From: Macrostomum lignano | Taxonomy: Eukaryota | Length of the DNA: 64,000 nt | Assembly (NCBI GenBank): GCA_002269645.1 | Contig: NIVC01002383.1 | Location: forward strand, 1-64,000 | Direction: 5' to 3' | In this document: positions 1 to 12,900 of the stretch, one piece after another | How positions within the stretch are numbered: position 1 is the stretch's first letter | How the letters are laid out: each line of letters opens with the position of its first letter | Program-made: the position numbers and the translations under genes | The notes under the pieces: generated by a model | The model's database searches: none | Told to the model about the DNA's origin: nothing | What the model saw: only the letters and a program-made list of their open reading frames with translations

Positions 1-470
1 TATATGACGCTTCTATGCTTTTTATATGACGCTTCTATGATTGTTACATGACGCTTCTATGCTTTTTATAATGACGATTCTATGATTTTTACATGACGCT
101 TCTATGATTTTTACATGACGTTTCTATGATTTTTTCATGACGCTCCTATGTTTTTTTTCATGACGCTTCTATGATTTTTACATGACGCTACTATGATTTT
201 TACATGACGCTTCCATGATTTTTTACATGACGCTTCCATGCTTTTTACATGACGCTTTATGATTGTTTACATGATGCTTCTACGATTTCTGCCAGGACGC
301 TTCTAATGATTTTTACATGATGCTTCTATGATTTTTTCATGACGCTCCTATGATTTTTCATAGACGCTTCCATGATTTTTACATGACGCTTCTATGATTT
401 TTTACATGACGCTTCTATGATTTTACATGACGCTTCTATGATTTTTTACATGACGCTTCTATGATTTTTT
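1..470. repeat. Minisatellite, ~21-22 bp unit (TTTTTACATGACGCTTCTATGA-like), about 20 copies, runs off the window start
   Basis: Direct tandem reiteration of catgacgcttctatga with variable T-runs. Confidence 0.95.
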
Positions 471-1079
471 AGTTTCTTCTTGGTGTTAAAAAGCTTTAAT
501 TAAAAAAATTCCACTCTCTCAAAATTCGAACCATCGTCCCTGCATTTAGCATCAGTCTGTTTACCTCTAGGCTAGCTCTCATCGTTTTGATAATATGAAT
601 TTTAGCACTTATAATTATAAGTTTCAAAACTCCAAGCATGGAGTAAATCACACGAGGCAGTTATACATAATCAATTTTCAGTCAGTCAGTATCAGTTAAC
701 AATATGGTTACGCAATTATTAAATCAAGTTCTGTGCTACGCTTCCACACTGCATTTTCAATTCAAGTCAGAGTTACAATTCAGTTATGATGCAATCTATT
801 TCAGAATCAGAATTCAACCAGTCAGTTTTTCTCTAGCATTCTTACAATGCATTTCAAGTCGAAAAGTTTGCTTGACCTTTGCAAAAAAGCATGTTTTTCG
901 AATATTTAATCGCTTTAACATGGAGCAATTTCTTAGCCAAGATGCAGTACCGTCACGGGGGAAAATTTCTGATCAAAACAGTGCAAGTCTCATGAAAATC
1001 GGTTAAGCCATTTTTTCTCTAATCGATTACAAGCAAGCAAGCAAGCAAGCAAGATTTTCATTTTTAGTATATAGGATTT

Positions 1080-1485
1080 TCTGATCAGAACATCGTTGCG
1101 CAATTTTCTATAGTCAGTCAGCCCGTGCGCCAAGATAAAAGTGTACACACGCCGCCACTGAGACGCGACCATCCCCCCACTGGAGAGAAAATACACTACA
1201 GAGATAGGAGAAAGTTGTGGCGCAATCGCTCAAAATCATGCAAATTTTCGGCTCCGAGCAGAAAAAGTGTCCAGAGAAGGTTAGGAAATCAGTTTTCTGC
1301 TTTTTTAGGGATCTTAAAATGTGAAAATAAAAAATTGAAATAGCCCACTGCAGTCCCGGAAAATTTGCAGTTTCCCCATATAAGTTTCAACGCTGACTTG
1401 CAAGTATTCTAGGAGGAGTTATGCAACACACAAACAAACAGACAAACAAACAAACAATCATCGCACCAACTTTAGTATTAGGAGA
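1080..1485 (-). mobile_element. Partial, more diverged non-autonomous Helitron unit (5' part only); left edge of the array
   Basis: Shares the agtcagcc..tgtacacac..gtggcgcaatc and cccatataagtttcaacgctgac modules and the terminus (minus TCTCCTAATACTAAAG). Faint homology also at ~670-730. Confidence 0.7.
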
Positions 1486-4400
1486 CGAGGCCAACTCCTC
1501 CTTCGGAGAAGAAAGGGGAAGAACTCCAATCAGCGCGAATTCCATTCCCTGAACTCCATCAGCGGAATCCCATTTTCCAACACCTCTCCGCGCAACAGAA
1601 ATCGTCTCCGTGAAACTGAACACTATCGAAATCCTCTCCGTGAAACTGAACACCATCGAAATATACTCCGCGAAATAGAAATCCTCTCCGTGAAACTGGA
1701 CTAAATCGAAATTTCTACGTCAAACAGCCCAGCTCTCAGAATTCATTGGTTAGGGTTAGGGTTAGGGTTAGAGCTACACACAGCTGCGTGTTGAAAGGCG
1801 CCGTAAAAACATTGAACCAATTAAATTGCGCAACTTATTTCTCAGGCAGTCAGTATCAGCCTCAGTTAAAGTTAACAAAAAGATTGCGCAATCTAAATCA
1901 ACCCTCAAATACACAGCAACCGACCCCCCTTCCAATATGCAGTGCAGCTAGAAATTGAACCCCCCTTCACCAACTATTGGGGGGTCGGTCGAACCCCCAT
2001 TGAACTCCAAAATGAGCACAATCTTTGCAGAAAGCTAAAAGTATGAAAATCTTTTCTTGAATGCTGTGAATTAAATTTTCATATTTAAAGCAAAAAACTT
2101 ATATCCCCGAACTCATTGCAGCAAGATCTTTCCAGCAATATAAGTCTCTCCTCTCTAAGTTCAAAACTCGAGCAACAGTTAGTGTTTGAAACTTTCTGAT
2201 TTTAAGCATTGAAATATCGAGTGTACGTTCACTGCCTGCTAAAGATGCTCGCAAGTTTATGCATTAAAATGCACTGAATTTCACTGTGCAAAAAATACAC
2301 AGGGCTTCCTGTTAAAAAACAGAACACAAATAGTTGCGCAATTGTCTATAAAGTCAGTCAGTGAGCCAGGGTTCAAGTGTACACACGCAGCCACTGAGAA
2401 CGCGACCATCCCCCACTTGAGAGAAAATACACTGCCAAGATAGAAAAATTTTATGGCGCAATCACTAAAATTGATGCAAATTTTCAGCTCCAAGCAGAAA
2501 GAGGGGACAATTAAGATTATCAAAGGTCAAGACCGCCATTTTCTGCTTTTTTAGGGATCTTAAAAATTGAAAATGAAAGATTAAAATAGCCTAAAGCCAT
2601 CCTCGGAAAATTTGCAGTTTTCCCATATAAGTTTCAACGCTGACTTGCAAGTATTCTAGGAGGAGTTATCCAACAAACACACACACACACAGACAAACAA
2701 CGCACCAGTTTTAGTATTAACGAGTGGAACTCCTCCTTCGGAGGAGAAAGGGGAAGAACTCCCATCACCGGAATTCCATTCCCTGAAATATCCATCAACT
2801 GAAATTGCATTTCTTGAACCCTATTTTCCCAATCGTCTCCAAATTCTTTACAAAACCTTTCAAAGACCATGGCTCAAAGACTCTCACGTCTCTGATATCT
2901 CCTCTCTCCTCTCTTTGCTATTATCGTGACTCTCTTCTCTCTCCTCTCTCTCATCTCATCTCTACCCCTACTCCTTATTTATCTCTTCTCTCTTGTCTTT
3001 CGTCTGTACCTTCTCCTGTCTCTTGTCTCCTCTCTTCTCTCATATCTCCTCTTCACTTCTGTCTCCTGTATCTTCTCTTCGCTCTTATCTCTTCCTCTTC
3101 TCTTCTCTCTCATGTCATCTCTACTCACTTGTCTATCGTCTCTCTTAACCCTCTCTCTCTTCTCTTTTCTCTCCTCTCTGCTCTCATTTTTCATATCTCA
3201 TATACGCTCTCACACTCTACTTTCTTGTCTCCCATCCTTCTTTCCTCCTTTCCACTATCCCCTGTCTCTTCTCTTCTCTCTTTTCTATCCTCTCCATTCT
3301 CTCTTCTCTCCTCTCCTTTCTCCTTTCATCTTCTCCCCTCTCTTCTCTCCTCTCCTTGCTCCTTTCATCTTCTCCCCTCTCTTCTCTCCTCTCCTTGCTC
3401 CTTTCATCTTCTCCCCTCTCTTCTCTAATCTCTAATCTCTTCTCTGTTATGTCCTCACTCATCTCTTCTCATCGCATCTCTCATCCCTCCTCTCCTCCCT
3501 ACTTTCCTCTCTTAACTCTCTCATCTCTGATCTTTCATCTCTCTCCTCTCTCCTCTCTCTCTTCTCCTCTCGCTTCTCTCTCCTCTCTCTCCTCTCATCT
3601 CTACTACCTTATTTATATCTTCTCCCTGATCTTTCGTCTCTACTCTCTCCTGTCTCCTTCCTCCCCTCTTTTCTCCTCTCTTCTCTCCCCTCCTCTCTCA
3701 TCTCTCATCCTTCATCTCACTCTTTCTTTCTCCTCTACTTTCCCCTCTCTTCTATTTCCTCTGTACGCTCTTATCCCTCATCTATTCTCTATCCTATCAT
3801 CTCTCTTGTCTCCCTCTGTTATCTCATATCTCCCCTCTCATCTCCTATCTCCTTTTCTCTTCTCCCTCCTTTGTTCCGTCCTTACTCCCCTCTTCTCTCC
3901 ATCTGTTTAGCGGAATGGGCGTTCGCGCCTTCCCGCTGTGTCCCCCCGGGACAGCCCTGCAGCTAAGTCTCCCATCTGTCATGTCTAATCTCTCCACTCA
4001 TTTCTACTCTGTTTTCTATCATCTCATCTCTCTTCTCTTTTCATTCTTCTCTTTACTCTCTTCTCTGACTGATTGAAGATGCCAAATTCATCAAGATCCT
4101 CTCCGCAAAGCAGTCCATGCAACTGAAAACCATCGAAATCCTCTCCTTGAAACTTAAATCCATTAAAATCGTCTCCATAAAACAGAAATCAATCATAATT
4201 TATCTCCGCGAAACAGAAATACTCTCCGTGAAACTGAAAACCATCGAAATCCTCTCCACGAAACAGAAATCCTCTCCGTCAAAATTAAAACATTGAAATC
4301 GTCTCCGCTAACTGGACTCAATCAATTTTTTTTCCGTCAAACAACTTAACTCTCCGGATTCATTGGTTAGGGTTAGGGTTAGGGTTAGGGTTAGGGTTAG

Positions 4401-7400
4401 AACTACACACAGCTTCGTGTTAAAATGCACTGATAAAAATATTGAACTATTGCAATAATTGAATCAATTCATTGCGCAACCGATTTCACAGTCAGTCAGT
4501 ATCAGTCTCAGTTAAAGTTATTAAAAACATTGCGCAATCTAAATCAACCCTCCAATACACAGCAGCAGTGAGAAGTTGAACCCTCCCCCCAACCTTTATC
4601 TATTACGTCTCGCAAAACTGAGTACAATTTTTGCAGAAAGTTAAAAGTATGGAAATACTTTTTCAAATGCTGTGCTTTTTCTTTTCATATTTAAAGCAAA
4701 CAACTTACATCCCCGAACTCAGCGTTGCAAGATCTTTCCAGCAATATAAGTTTCTCCTCTCAAAGTTTAAAACTCGAGGAACAGTTAGCGTTTAAAACTG
4801 TCTGATTTATAGCATTGAAGTATCGAGTGTACGTTCTCTGCCTGCTTGCAAGTTGATGCATTGAATTTCAATGTCCAACAAATACACAGGACTGCCCATT
4901 GAAAGGCAGGAAAACTTATCAGTAGCCATATCATTGCGCAATTATCTATACAGTCAGCCAGTGAGCCAGGGTCCAAGTGTACACACGCAGCCACTGAGAA
5001 CGCTCCCAACCCCCACTGGAAAGAAAATACACTACAGAGATAGGGAAAAGTTGTGGCGCAATCACTAAAAATTCATGCATTTTTTCAGCTCCAAGCAGAA
5101 AGAGGGGACAATTAAGATTATCAAAGGTCAAGATTCAAGTTTTCTGCTTTTTTGAGGATCTAAGAAATTAAAATTTCAGAATTAAAATAGCCTATAGCCG
5201 ACCTCGGATTATTTCCAATCTTCCCATATAAGTTTCAACGCTGAGTTGCCACTATTCAAGGAGGAGTTGTCGAAATGACACACACACACACAGACAGACA
5301 AACAACGCGTCAACTTTAGTATATATAGAGAGAGACGAGTGGAACTCCTCCTCTGGAGGAGAAAGGGGAAGAACTCCCATCACCGGAATTCTGAAGGGAA
5401 AGAACTCCCATCAGCTGAAATTCCATGACTTGAATCCCATCTTCCAAATCATCTCCAAATCCTCTACAATGCATTTCAATTACCGGATATCTTGTTTTCC
5501 CTATTTGCAAAAACTCACTGGCATTGTCCAGACTCGGACTCTCATGTCTCTGCTCTCATTTCTCATATCTCATATCTTTCATATCACCATCTCCTTTCTT
5601 ATCTTCCATCTTTCTGCCCTCCTTACTACCGTCTCTTGTCACCTCTCTTTTCTCTCCTCTCCATTCTTTCTTCTCTCCTTTCCTTTCTCCTCTCATCTTC
5701 TCCCCTCTCTTCTCAAATCTCTCTCTCTCTTTTCTCACTTATCTCTTTTCTATTTGCATCTCTCATCTCTCATCTCTCTCCTCTCATATGTACTATCTTA
5801 TTTATCTCTTCTCCCAGGTCTTTCAAATTTACTCACTCCTGTCTCCTCTCTCCCCTCGTCTCTCCTCTCTCATATCTCTTCTCTACTCACTTATCTATTC
5901 TCTCTACTCTGCTCCCCTTTTACACTTTCCTATATGCTCTCACTCTCACTCTCTCCTTTCTTATCTCCTGTTTTTACACTCCTTTCTACCACCTGTCTCC
6001 TCTCGTTTCTCTCCTCTCTGCACTCTCATCTTTACCCTCTTCTTTTTCCTCACTACTTTCTTCTCTTAAATCTCTGATCTCTGATCTTTCATCTCTCTCC
6101 TCTCAACTCTCACCTCTCTCCTCTCTTTCCTCTCTTCTATTGCCTCTGTGCGCTCTTATCCCTCTTTTCTTCTCTGTCCTGTCTCCTCTCTGCTATCTCA
6201 TATCTCCTCTCTCATATCCTCTCCCTTCATCTCCTCTCTCCTCTTCTCTTCTCTCTTCCTTCGTTCCCGCCTTACTACCCTCTTCTCTCCCATCTGTCAT
6301 GTCTAATCTCTCCACTCATTTCTACTCTGTTTTCTATCATCTCATCTCTCTTCTCTTTTCATTCTTCTCTTTACTCTCTTCTCTGACTGATTGAAGATGC
6401 CAAATCCATCAAGATCCTCTCCGCGCGAAGCAGAAATCCTGTCCGTGCAACTGAAAACCATCGAAATCGTCTCCGTGAAACTGGACTCCTTCGAAATCCT
6501 CTCCTTGAAACTTAAATTCATCAAAATCGTCTCCATAAAACAGAAATCAATCATAAATTATCTCCACGAAACAGAAATCCTCTCCGTGAAGCTGAACACC
6601 ATCGAAATCCTCTCCACGAAACAGAAATCCTCTCCGTCAAAATTAAAACATTGAAATCGTCTCCGCTAAACTGGACTCAATCAAAATTTTTCCGTCAAAC
6701 AACTCAACTCTCCGGATTCATTGGTTAGGGCTAGGTTTAGGGTTAGAACTACGCACAGCTTCGTGTTAAAAGGCACTGATAAAAATATTGAACTAATTGA
6801 ATCAATTCACTGCGCAACCGATTTCACAGTCAGTCAGTATCAGTCTCAGTTAAAGTTAACAAAAACATTGCGCAATCTAAATCAACCCTCCAATACACAG
6901 CAGCAGTGAGAAGTTGAACCCTCCCCCAACTTTATCTATTCGTCTCGCAAAACTGAGTACAATTTTTGCAAAGTTAAAAGTATGCAAATAGTTTTTTAAA
7001 TGCTGTGCTTTTTCTTTTCATATTTAAAGCAAACAACTTATATCCCGAACTCAGCGTTGCAAGATCTTTCCAGCAATATAAGTTTCTCCTCTCAAAGTTT
7101 AAAACTCGAGGAACAGTTAGCGTTTGAAATTTACCAATTTCCCGACTGCTTGCTAAGTTGCTAGAGAAGCTCGCAAGTTTATTCATTGAATTTCACTGCC
7201 AAACTAATACACAGGGCTGCCTATGGAAAAAAGGCGCCAATAATAAAACCAAATGAATCTCGACACAGTCTATCTATTCACACTGTACAACTGCTATGTA
7301 CACTCAGCCCAAGCCCAACCCCCGTTCTGGGTTAAGCATTAAATTTAACTCAGCCCCCAACACGCGGGGGGTTTTATTTGCATTGAACCCAGAACACGCG

Positions 7401-7699
7401 CACCCACCACCCCTCAATACACAGCGGCTCGCGGGCGGAGGTTGGGGTGGCTATTTTTACAAACTGGCTGCTGCCCCAGTCAGAGTGGCCAAAGAAGGTT
7501 ATTGGGGTTAAAAAAGCAGTTTTCTGCTTTTTTAGGGATGTTAAAATGTGAAAATTAAAAATTAAAATAGCCTAAAGCCTGCTCCGGAAAATTTGCAGTT
7601 TTCCCATATAAGTTTCGACGCTGACTTGGCAGAATTGTAGGAGTTCACTTAATGCATACAGACAGACAGACAAACATCGCGTCAGTTTTAGTATTAGGA
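1486..7699 (-). mobile_element. Three head-to-tail non-autonomous Helitron units (1486-2720, 2721-5335, 5336-7699)
   Basis: Each begins (minus strand) T(C)..ATACTAAA plus a TG/TGTC microsatellite and ends with hairpin CTCCTCCnnnGGAGGAG (or one G:T variant), 5 nt, then CTCG. Same termini as the RepHel-encoding unit; no credible ORF. Confidence 0.8.
2880..4070 (+). repeat. Complex CT-rich polypyrimidine tract, representative of tracts in the longer units
   Basis: Almost purely C/T on plus. Related tracts at about 5540-6390, 18190-18800, 21310-22020, 23520-24230, 26640-27350, 31960-32560, 33840-34550, 39620-40330, 42740-43450, 44960-45870, 47240-47550 and 49510-gap. Confidence 0.9.
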
Positions 7700-7708
7700 C
7701 GAGGCCAA

Positions 7709-7725
7709 CTCCTCCGCTGGAGGAG
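7709..7725 (-). other. Helitron 3' subterminal hairpin (7-bp stem, 3-nt loop), 9 nt from the 3' end
   Basis: Plus strand ctcctcc-gct-ggaggag is a perfect inverted repeat; an equivalent hairpin is at the same place in every unit. Confidence 0.8.
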
Positions 7726-9163
7726 AAAGGGGAAGAACTCCTATCACCGGAATTCCATTAAGTGATCTCCATCAGCTGAATCCCATAACCCAACTCAGTT
7801 TCAGTAAAAGTCACACGAAGCAGCTTTGACATTGACATAACTATTTCTCAGGCAGTCAGTATCAGTCTCAATTAAGTGAACATTATAGTTGCGCAATCTA
7901 TGTAAATCAACCCTCCAATACACAGCGACCCACCCCCTCCAATGCACCGCGGCATTTGACCCCCCACCTCTTGAATTTCACTGCGCAGCTAATACACAGG
8001 GCTGCCTTTTGAAAGGCACCGATAATAAAGCTGTAAAATTCAAGTGCTCACTGTCAACTGAAATTGATGCAAATCAAACTTTAGGAATATGAGTCAGCGT
8101 TAGGGTGCGATTGCAGCTTAAATGTTCTGCTATGGCATTCTCTATTAAGAGCTTAGAGTTCACAGTCAGTCTAAAATTGTGATAATCTAAAGTCTGTGAT
8201 AGACCGCCACTTTGCGCAAATCATTAATTGAATGAATCACTCTGTAACAGCTGGTTGGCTACTCATTCTCTGCCAATTCATTGTAAGGCAGTTAAATGTG
8301 CGAAAAACTGATTGGCTGCCCGTCAGCTATAGCAGTCATGCAGGACTGTACATCTTAGTGAGAATGGTGGAAAAAGTACCAAAACTACTTTGTATAGCTG
8401 CACTGAATTACAACTTCTTGACTTCTTCAAGTACTTATGTTGCTGCGTTCCTTTCACAGCTAGCTGAATACCCCTACTCGAATTCCTTCACCTCTGTTGA
8501 ATATAAAAACTAATTCAAAGACATTATTGGGGGGTACGCAGGAAACGATCGAATAAATGGGATAGTCTCTTTGGCTAAGTACTTGTTAAGTTTAAATTCA
8601 TGTGAATTTTATGCCTTTCCATTACTTATACATGTTACTAATAGCCTATGATTGACAGCCTTGTTTGTATTCTGAATCCTGCGCACCCCGAGTACAGTAT
8701 GGCATATATTTGTTTTAAGCAATGCATTACAATATAGGGATGCAAGCACAGGTGGAGAGAAATGGGAAGAGAAAAGGGCAAATAATTATCAAGGTTGTTT
8801 TCTAGAGTTGTTTTTTAGACTTGATTGAAAATCTAAATAAGTATTTAGGAGGCGATCTAAGAGCTACACTGGGAACCTACTTTATAGCATTTGAGCGCGA
8901 TCATCTTTAACTTAAAAAATAGGATTTAAAATTGAGTGAAAATTATGCAGAACGAAATAGAATGTTTAATATAAATAATTACGTATGGATACTTTGTACG
9001 TCGAAAATATTCTGAAAAATAAATACAGCAATTGGATCTAAATTGGTAGGAGCCCGAGCTTTCTTAGAAGCATCCCCTTATACTAAAATATTATATCTGT
9101 AATTCATTCAGCAGCTCTGTAAGTGGAACAGTTTTGCCAGTAGTTTATTATTCATGTTACAAA

Positions 9164-9846
9164 ATTATCACTCATAATTCGTCACTCTTATAATTCATCA
9201 CTCTCATGATTTTGATTTTTGACTTTCATAATTTGTCACTCTCATATTTTTCACTCTTATAACTTGTCACACTCTCAATTCGGCACTCTCATAAGTATTA
9301 TCGCTCTCAAATTTGTTACTCTCATTATTTGCAAAACTCTTAATTAGGCACTCTCATAATTTATCACTCACATAATTTTCAACTCTCAACTTTTCACTCA
9401 TAATTTGTCACTCTCATAGTTTGTCACTCATAATTTATCAATCTTATAATTTTTCACTCTGATAATTTGTCACTCCCTCGTCATTTTTCACTCACTCACT
9501 CATAAAATTTGTAACTCCCTCATCCTTTTTCACTCAATCACTCTCATAATTTGGCACTCTCATAAGTATTATCGCTCTCGAATTCGTTACTCTCATAATT
9601 TGCCACACTTTGCCACAATTTGTCACTACCTCTCATCATTTTTCACTCACTTACTCTCATAATTTGGAACTCTTATATGCATTATCGCTCTCAAATTTGT
9701 AACTCCCTTTCATACTTTGTCACTCACTCTCATAATTTGTCACTCGCTATCATAATTTGTCACTCACTCTCATTATTTGGCACTCACTCTCATTATTTGT
9801 CACTCGCTATCATAATTTGCCACTCACTCTTATAATCTGTCACTCA
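9164..9846. repeat. Degenerate minisatellite (~17-22 bp, TCACTCTCATAATTTG-like) downstream of the RepHel stop codon
   Basis: About 35 diverged tandem copies of tcactc(t)cataattt. Confidence 0.85.
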
Positions 9847-9904
9847 AACCTATATATTTCTTTCATCCTGCCTATGATTCAGTTCAGTTCAGTTCAGATA
9901 ATAG

Positions 9905-12900
9905 TTAGTTCTGCTTGCCGATAAGCTGGCGCAGCACGATGTTCCGCGTCCGTCCGCCTGGAGCCCGAACTTTGACGCCATCGGCACTCCGCGCACGACT
10001 CAGAGCCACGTAGAGCTGGCCATGCTGAAAGCAAGCCGTCGTCAGGTCGACGGCGTAGGTGCCCAGCGACTGGCCCTGGCTCTTGTGGATGGTCATGGCG
10101 AAGCACGGCCGGATCGGGAACTGCAGACGGCGGAAAACGAACGGAACCTCTGTCGGACTCGGCTCCTGCGGGATCCGCGGGATGAACACCTGCCGCGAAC
10201 GGTAGACGCCAGTGGTTACCTCCGCTAGCAGGACGTTGTCACGCAGTTCACGCAGCAGCAGCCGAGTCCCGTTGCACAGCAGCGGTGGGTCGAGATTCCG
10301 CATCATGACGACCGGCATGCCGACCTTCAGCTCCAGTCGGTGATGCGACATACCGCTGGGGTCCAGCCGGTTCAGCAGCTCCGGCGGAAAATTGGTCGCT
10401 GCCGTGTCGTCATTCGGAATCGAGTCGACAGATAAGTAGAGTCGGCTCTCACCGGGGAAGAGCGCTAAGCAGGCGGCGTTGGCCTCGTCCACCGTCCTGT
10501 TGAGTGGCGCCAGGATGCTCCGCTCCGCGAACATCTGGTCACGCTGCGCACTCGGCTCAAAGGACGGGTAAACGTGCCGGATGAGCTGCTCAGTGGTTGT
10601 GTCCTCGGGCAGAAGGATCTCGCTAGGCAAGGAGACCATGCCCTCAACGTCCTCTGGCAGCTCCCCGTTGCCAACCTGACGGTGAAAAAGTGGAATGAAA
10701 TTTTACAATTTTTTCCTTCAATTCGCATGCTTAATGAGAGCATAGAAACTCCAGAGATTCTCACCTGCATAAGAAAATCCGCGTAGCTTTGGAGAGCCGA
10801 GCCGCCCTCCAGCCGCAGATTCCTTGTGAGCTGGTGCTGCCGGAAGTGCGGCCACAGCACCGACCGATTCAGGCAGGCTTCGATCGTGTTGGCCTGCGTC
10901 CCTCCGGGCACAACAGCAAGCAACTGCCGAAAGTCGCCAGCCAGCACCAGCAGCGCTCCCCCGAACGGCTGCCCACCGTGCAGCAAATCCCGCAGAGTCC
11001 GCTCGACGATCTCGAGGTCTTTGCGGTGCGTCATCGGAGCCTCGTCCCACACGATGAGGCGGGCGTTCCGCAGAATCTCCGCCAATTTGCTCCGCCTGCC
11101 GATGGAGCAGAAGGCGCTGTCCTGCCGTACAGCGCAGACGGGGATCTTGAACCTGTAGGCAGGTATCGCGAGGATGGTCAATTGTGATGATAAATAAGGG
11201 ATGACTTTCTGTGCTTAAAAACTAACAGTTTATAAAAATATTTATGCGGACACAAAACTCACATCGAGTGGGCGGTCCGACCTCCGGGTAGAATAGTCGC
11301 CGCGATGCCCGATGACGCGACGGCAACAGCGATTTGACGTCTTGCTCGAACCGACTTCAGCAGAAGTGTGAGCAGGAACGTCTTGCCTGTGCCTCCAGGA
11401 GCGTCAATGAAATGCAGCCCGCCGCCACCGGCCGTCAGATTGGACTGCACGGCCTCGAAGACAGCTCGCTGCTCGTCAGTCAGGGTAGCGACCAGCGCAT
11501 CCACTTCGGACTGCAGCTCAGCAGCTTCATGGGGCGTCGGCAGGCAGTCAGAAAGAAGCCGAGTCTGGATATTGAAAAGTGGCTGTCATCAGTTAGCAAA
11601 TAAAGGTAAAAAAAATTAACAGTCAGTGCATAGAAGTGATTTTATTTACCTGATCCGGCTCTGCCAGTGGTTGAGGAAGGCCGTAGGCAGACAGCTCGGA
11701 TCCGCCCATCCGCTCCAGCCGCTTCTGCAGCGACCGCAGCACTTCGGCCATAGCAGCCTCGGCGCTCAAGCCCTGGTGCAGCAGGTCGCCAGCCATCTCG
11801 CGGGAAAACTCCTCCCAGAGCTTCACGGGGTCGCTTGGATCGCCGTGCGCCAAAATTGCGGCAAAAAGTCGGCGCAGAGCAGCAGGCATCCGCGTCTGGG
11901 CAGCTTCGGACAGACACAGCTGCCAGTGCCTGTCGTCTTCCAGCAGTCCGCGAGCCTGGCAGGCGGCCTTGAAGGTCGGCAGCAGGACTCCATCGACAGT
12001 GCGCAGAGCCTCGAACGAAGTCGGGCCGCGCACATTCACCAGCAGCAGGCGCAGGTAAAAACAGTCGCCCATCCGTGGACTGACTGTGTAGATGCGGCCG
12101 ATGTTGCTGGTCGTCAGAACATCGGCTGGCTGATCAGCAGCGACTCGGCCGCGACCTGCGCGATGCCACTGGTGCGCACTTCTGTCCCAGGTGAAGTGCC
12201 GGGGCACCTCCTGGTACAGCAGCCCTCGGGCGATATCGTCATGGCGACAAAGCTGGGCGGGTAAGAATAAGAACAGGAATTAACAGGAAGGAGGAAAAAG
12301 TTGAAAAATTGCACTTTTTCTGCAAAACTCACATCGAAGAAGGCGGTCAAAGTCGTGGCCTTGGGCGTAGCAGCAACAGCCTGAGCCGTCTCGTCTGTGA
12401 AGAAGACCCGCTGCTCGTCCTTAAGATGAACCGCGAGCCTGATCACAGGGGGGTATCGGCTGTGAACCTCAAAGCCCAGGATGGTGTTGACCGCCTCCAT
12501 TGGACCGATGAACCTGCCCAGTAGGTATTCGTCGATCTCATCGATCTTGTGTCGCTTTGCGGAAGTCGCAGCAGCAGCAGCAGCAGTCCCAGTCGACGTG
12601 GACGGACCGGCGATCGCCAGTGGTCCTTCAGTGGCCGAATCAGCGCTGGCATTCGCAGCAGCCGCCGACTCCTTACGGATCTGGTATGCTGCCATGTCGC
12701 TACCCTTGGTGATGTACTTCACCACGTACTTGATGGCCCGAACTGTCGCGCAGATCTCGACATTCAGGTGACAGCGAAACTCGCGCAGCAGCGCTGGGCA
12801 GTACGGCACCACCCAGCGGTTGTCAAAGGTGAACATCACCCTCTGACCGCCACGCAGCTTTGCGAGCTTCGTCACCGTGAAGCCGCCCATCTCGACGGAT

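Noticed and set aside
8232-8513. 93-aa ORF inside the autonomous element as a second gene
   Set aside because: No recognisable motif, and composition matches the AT-rich background.
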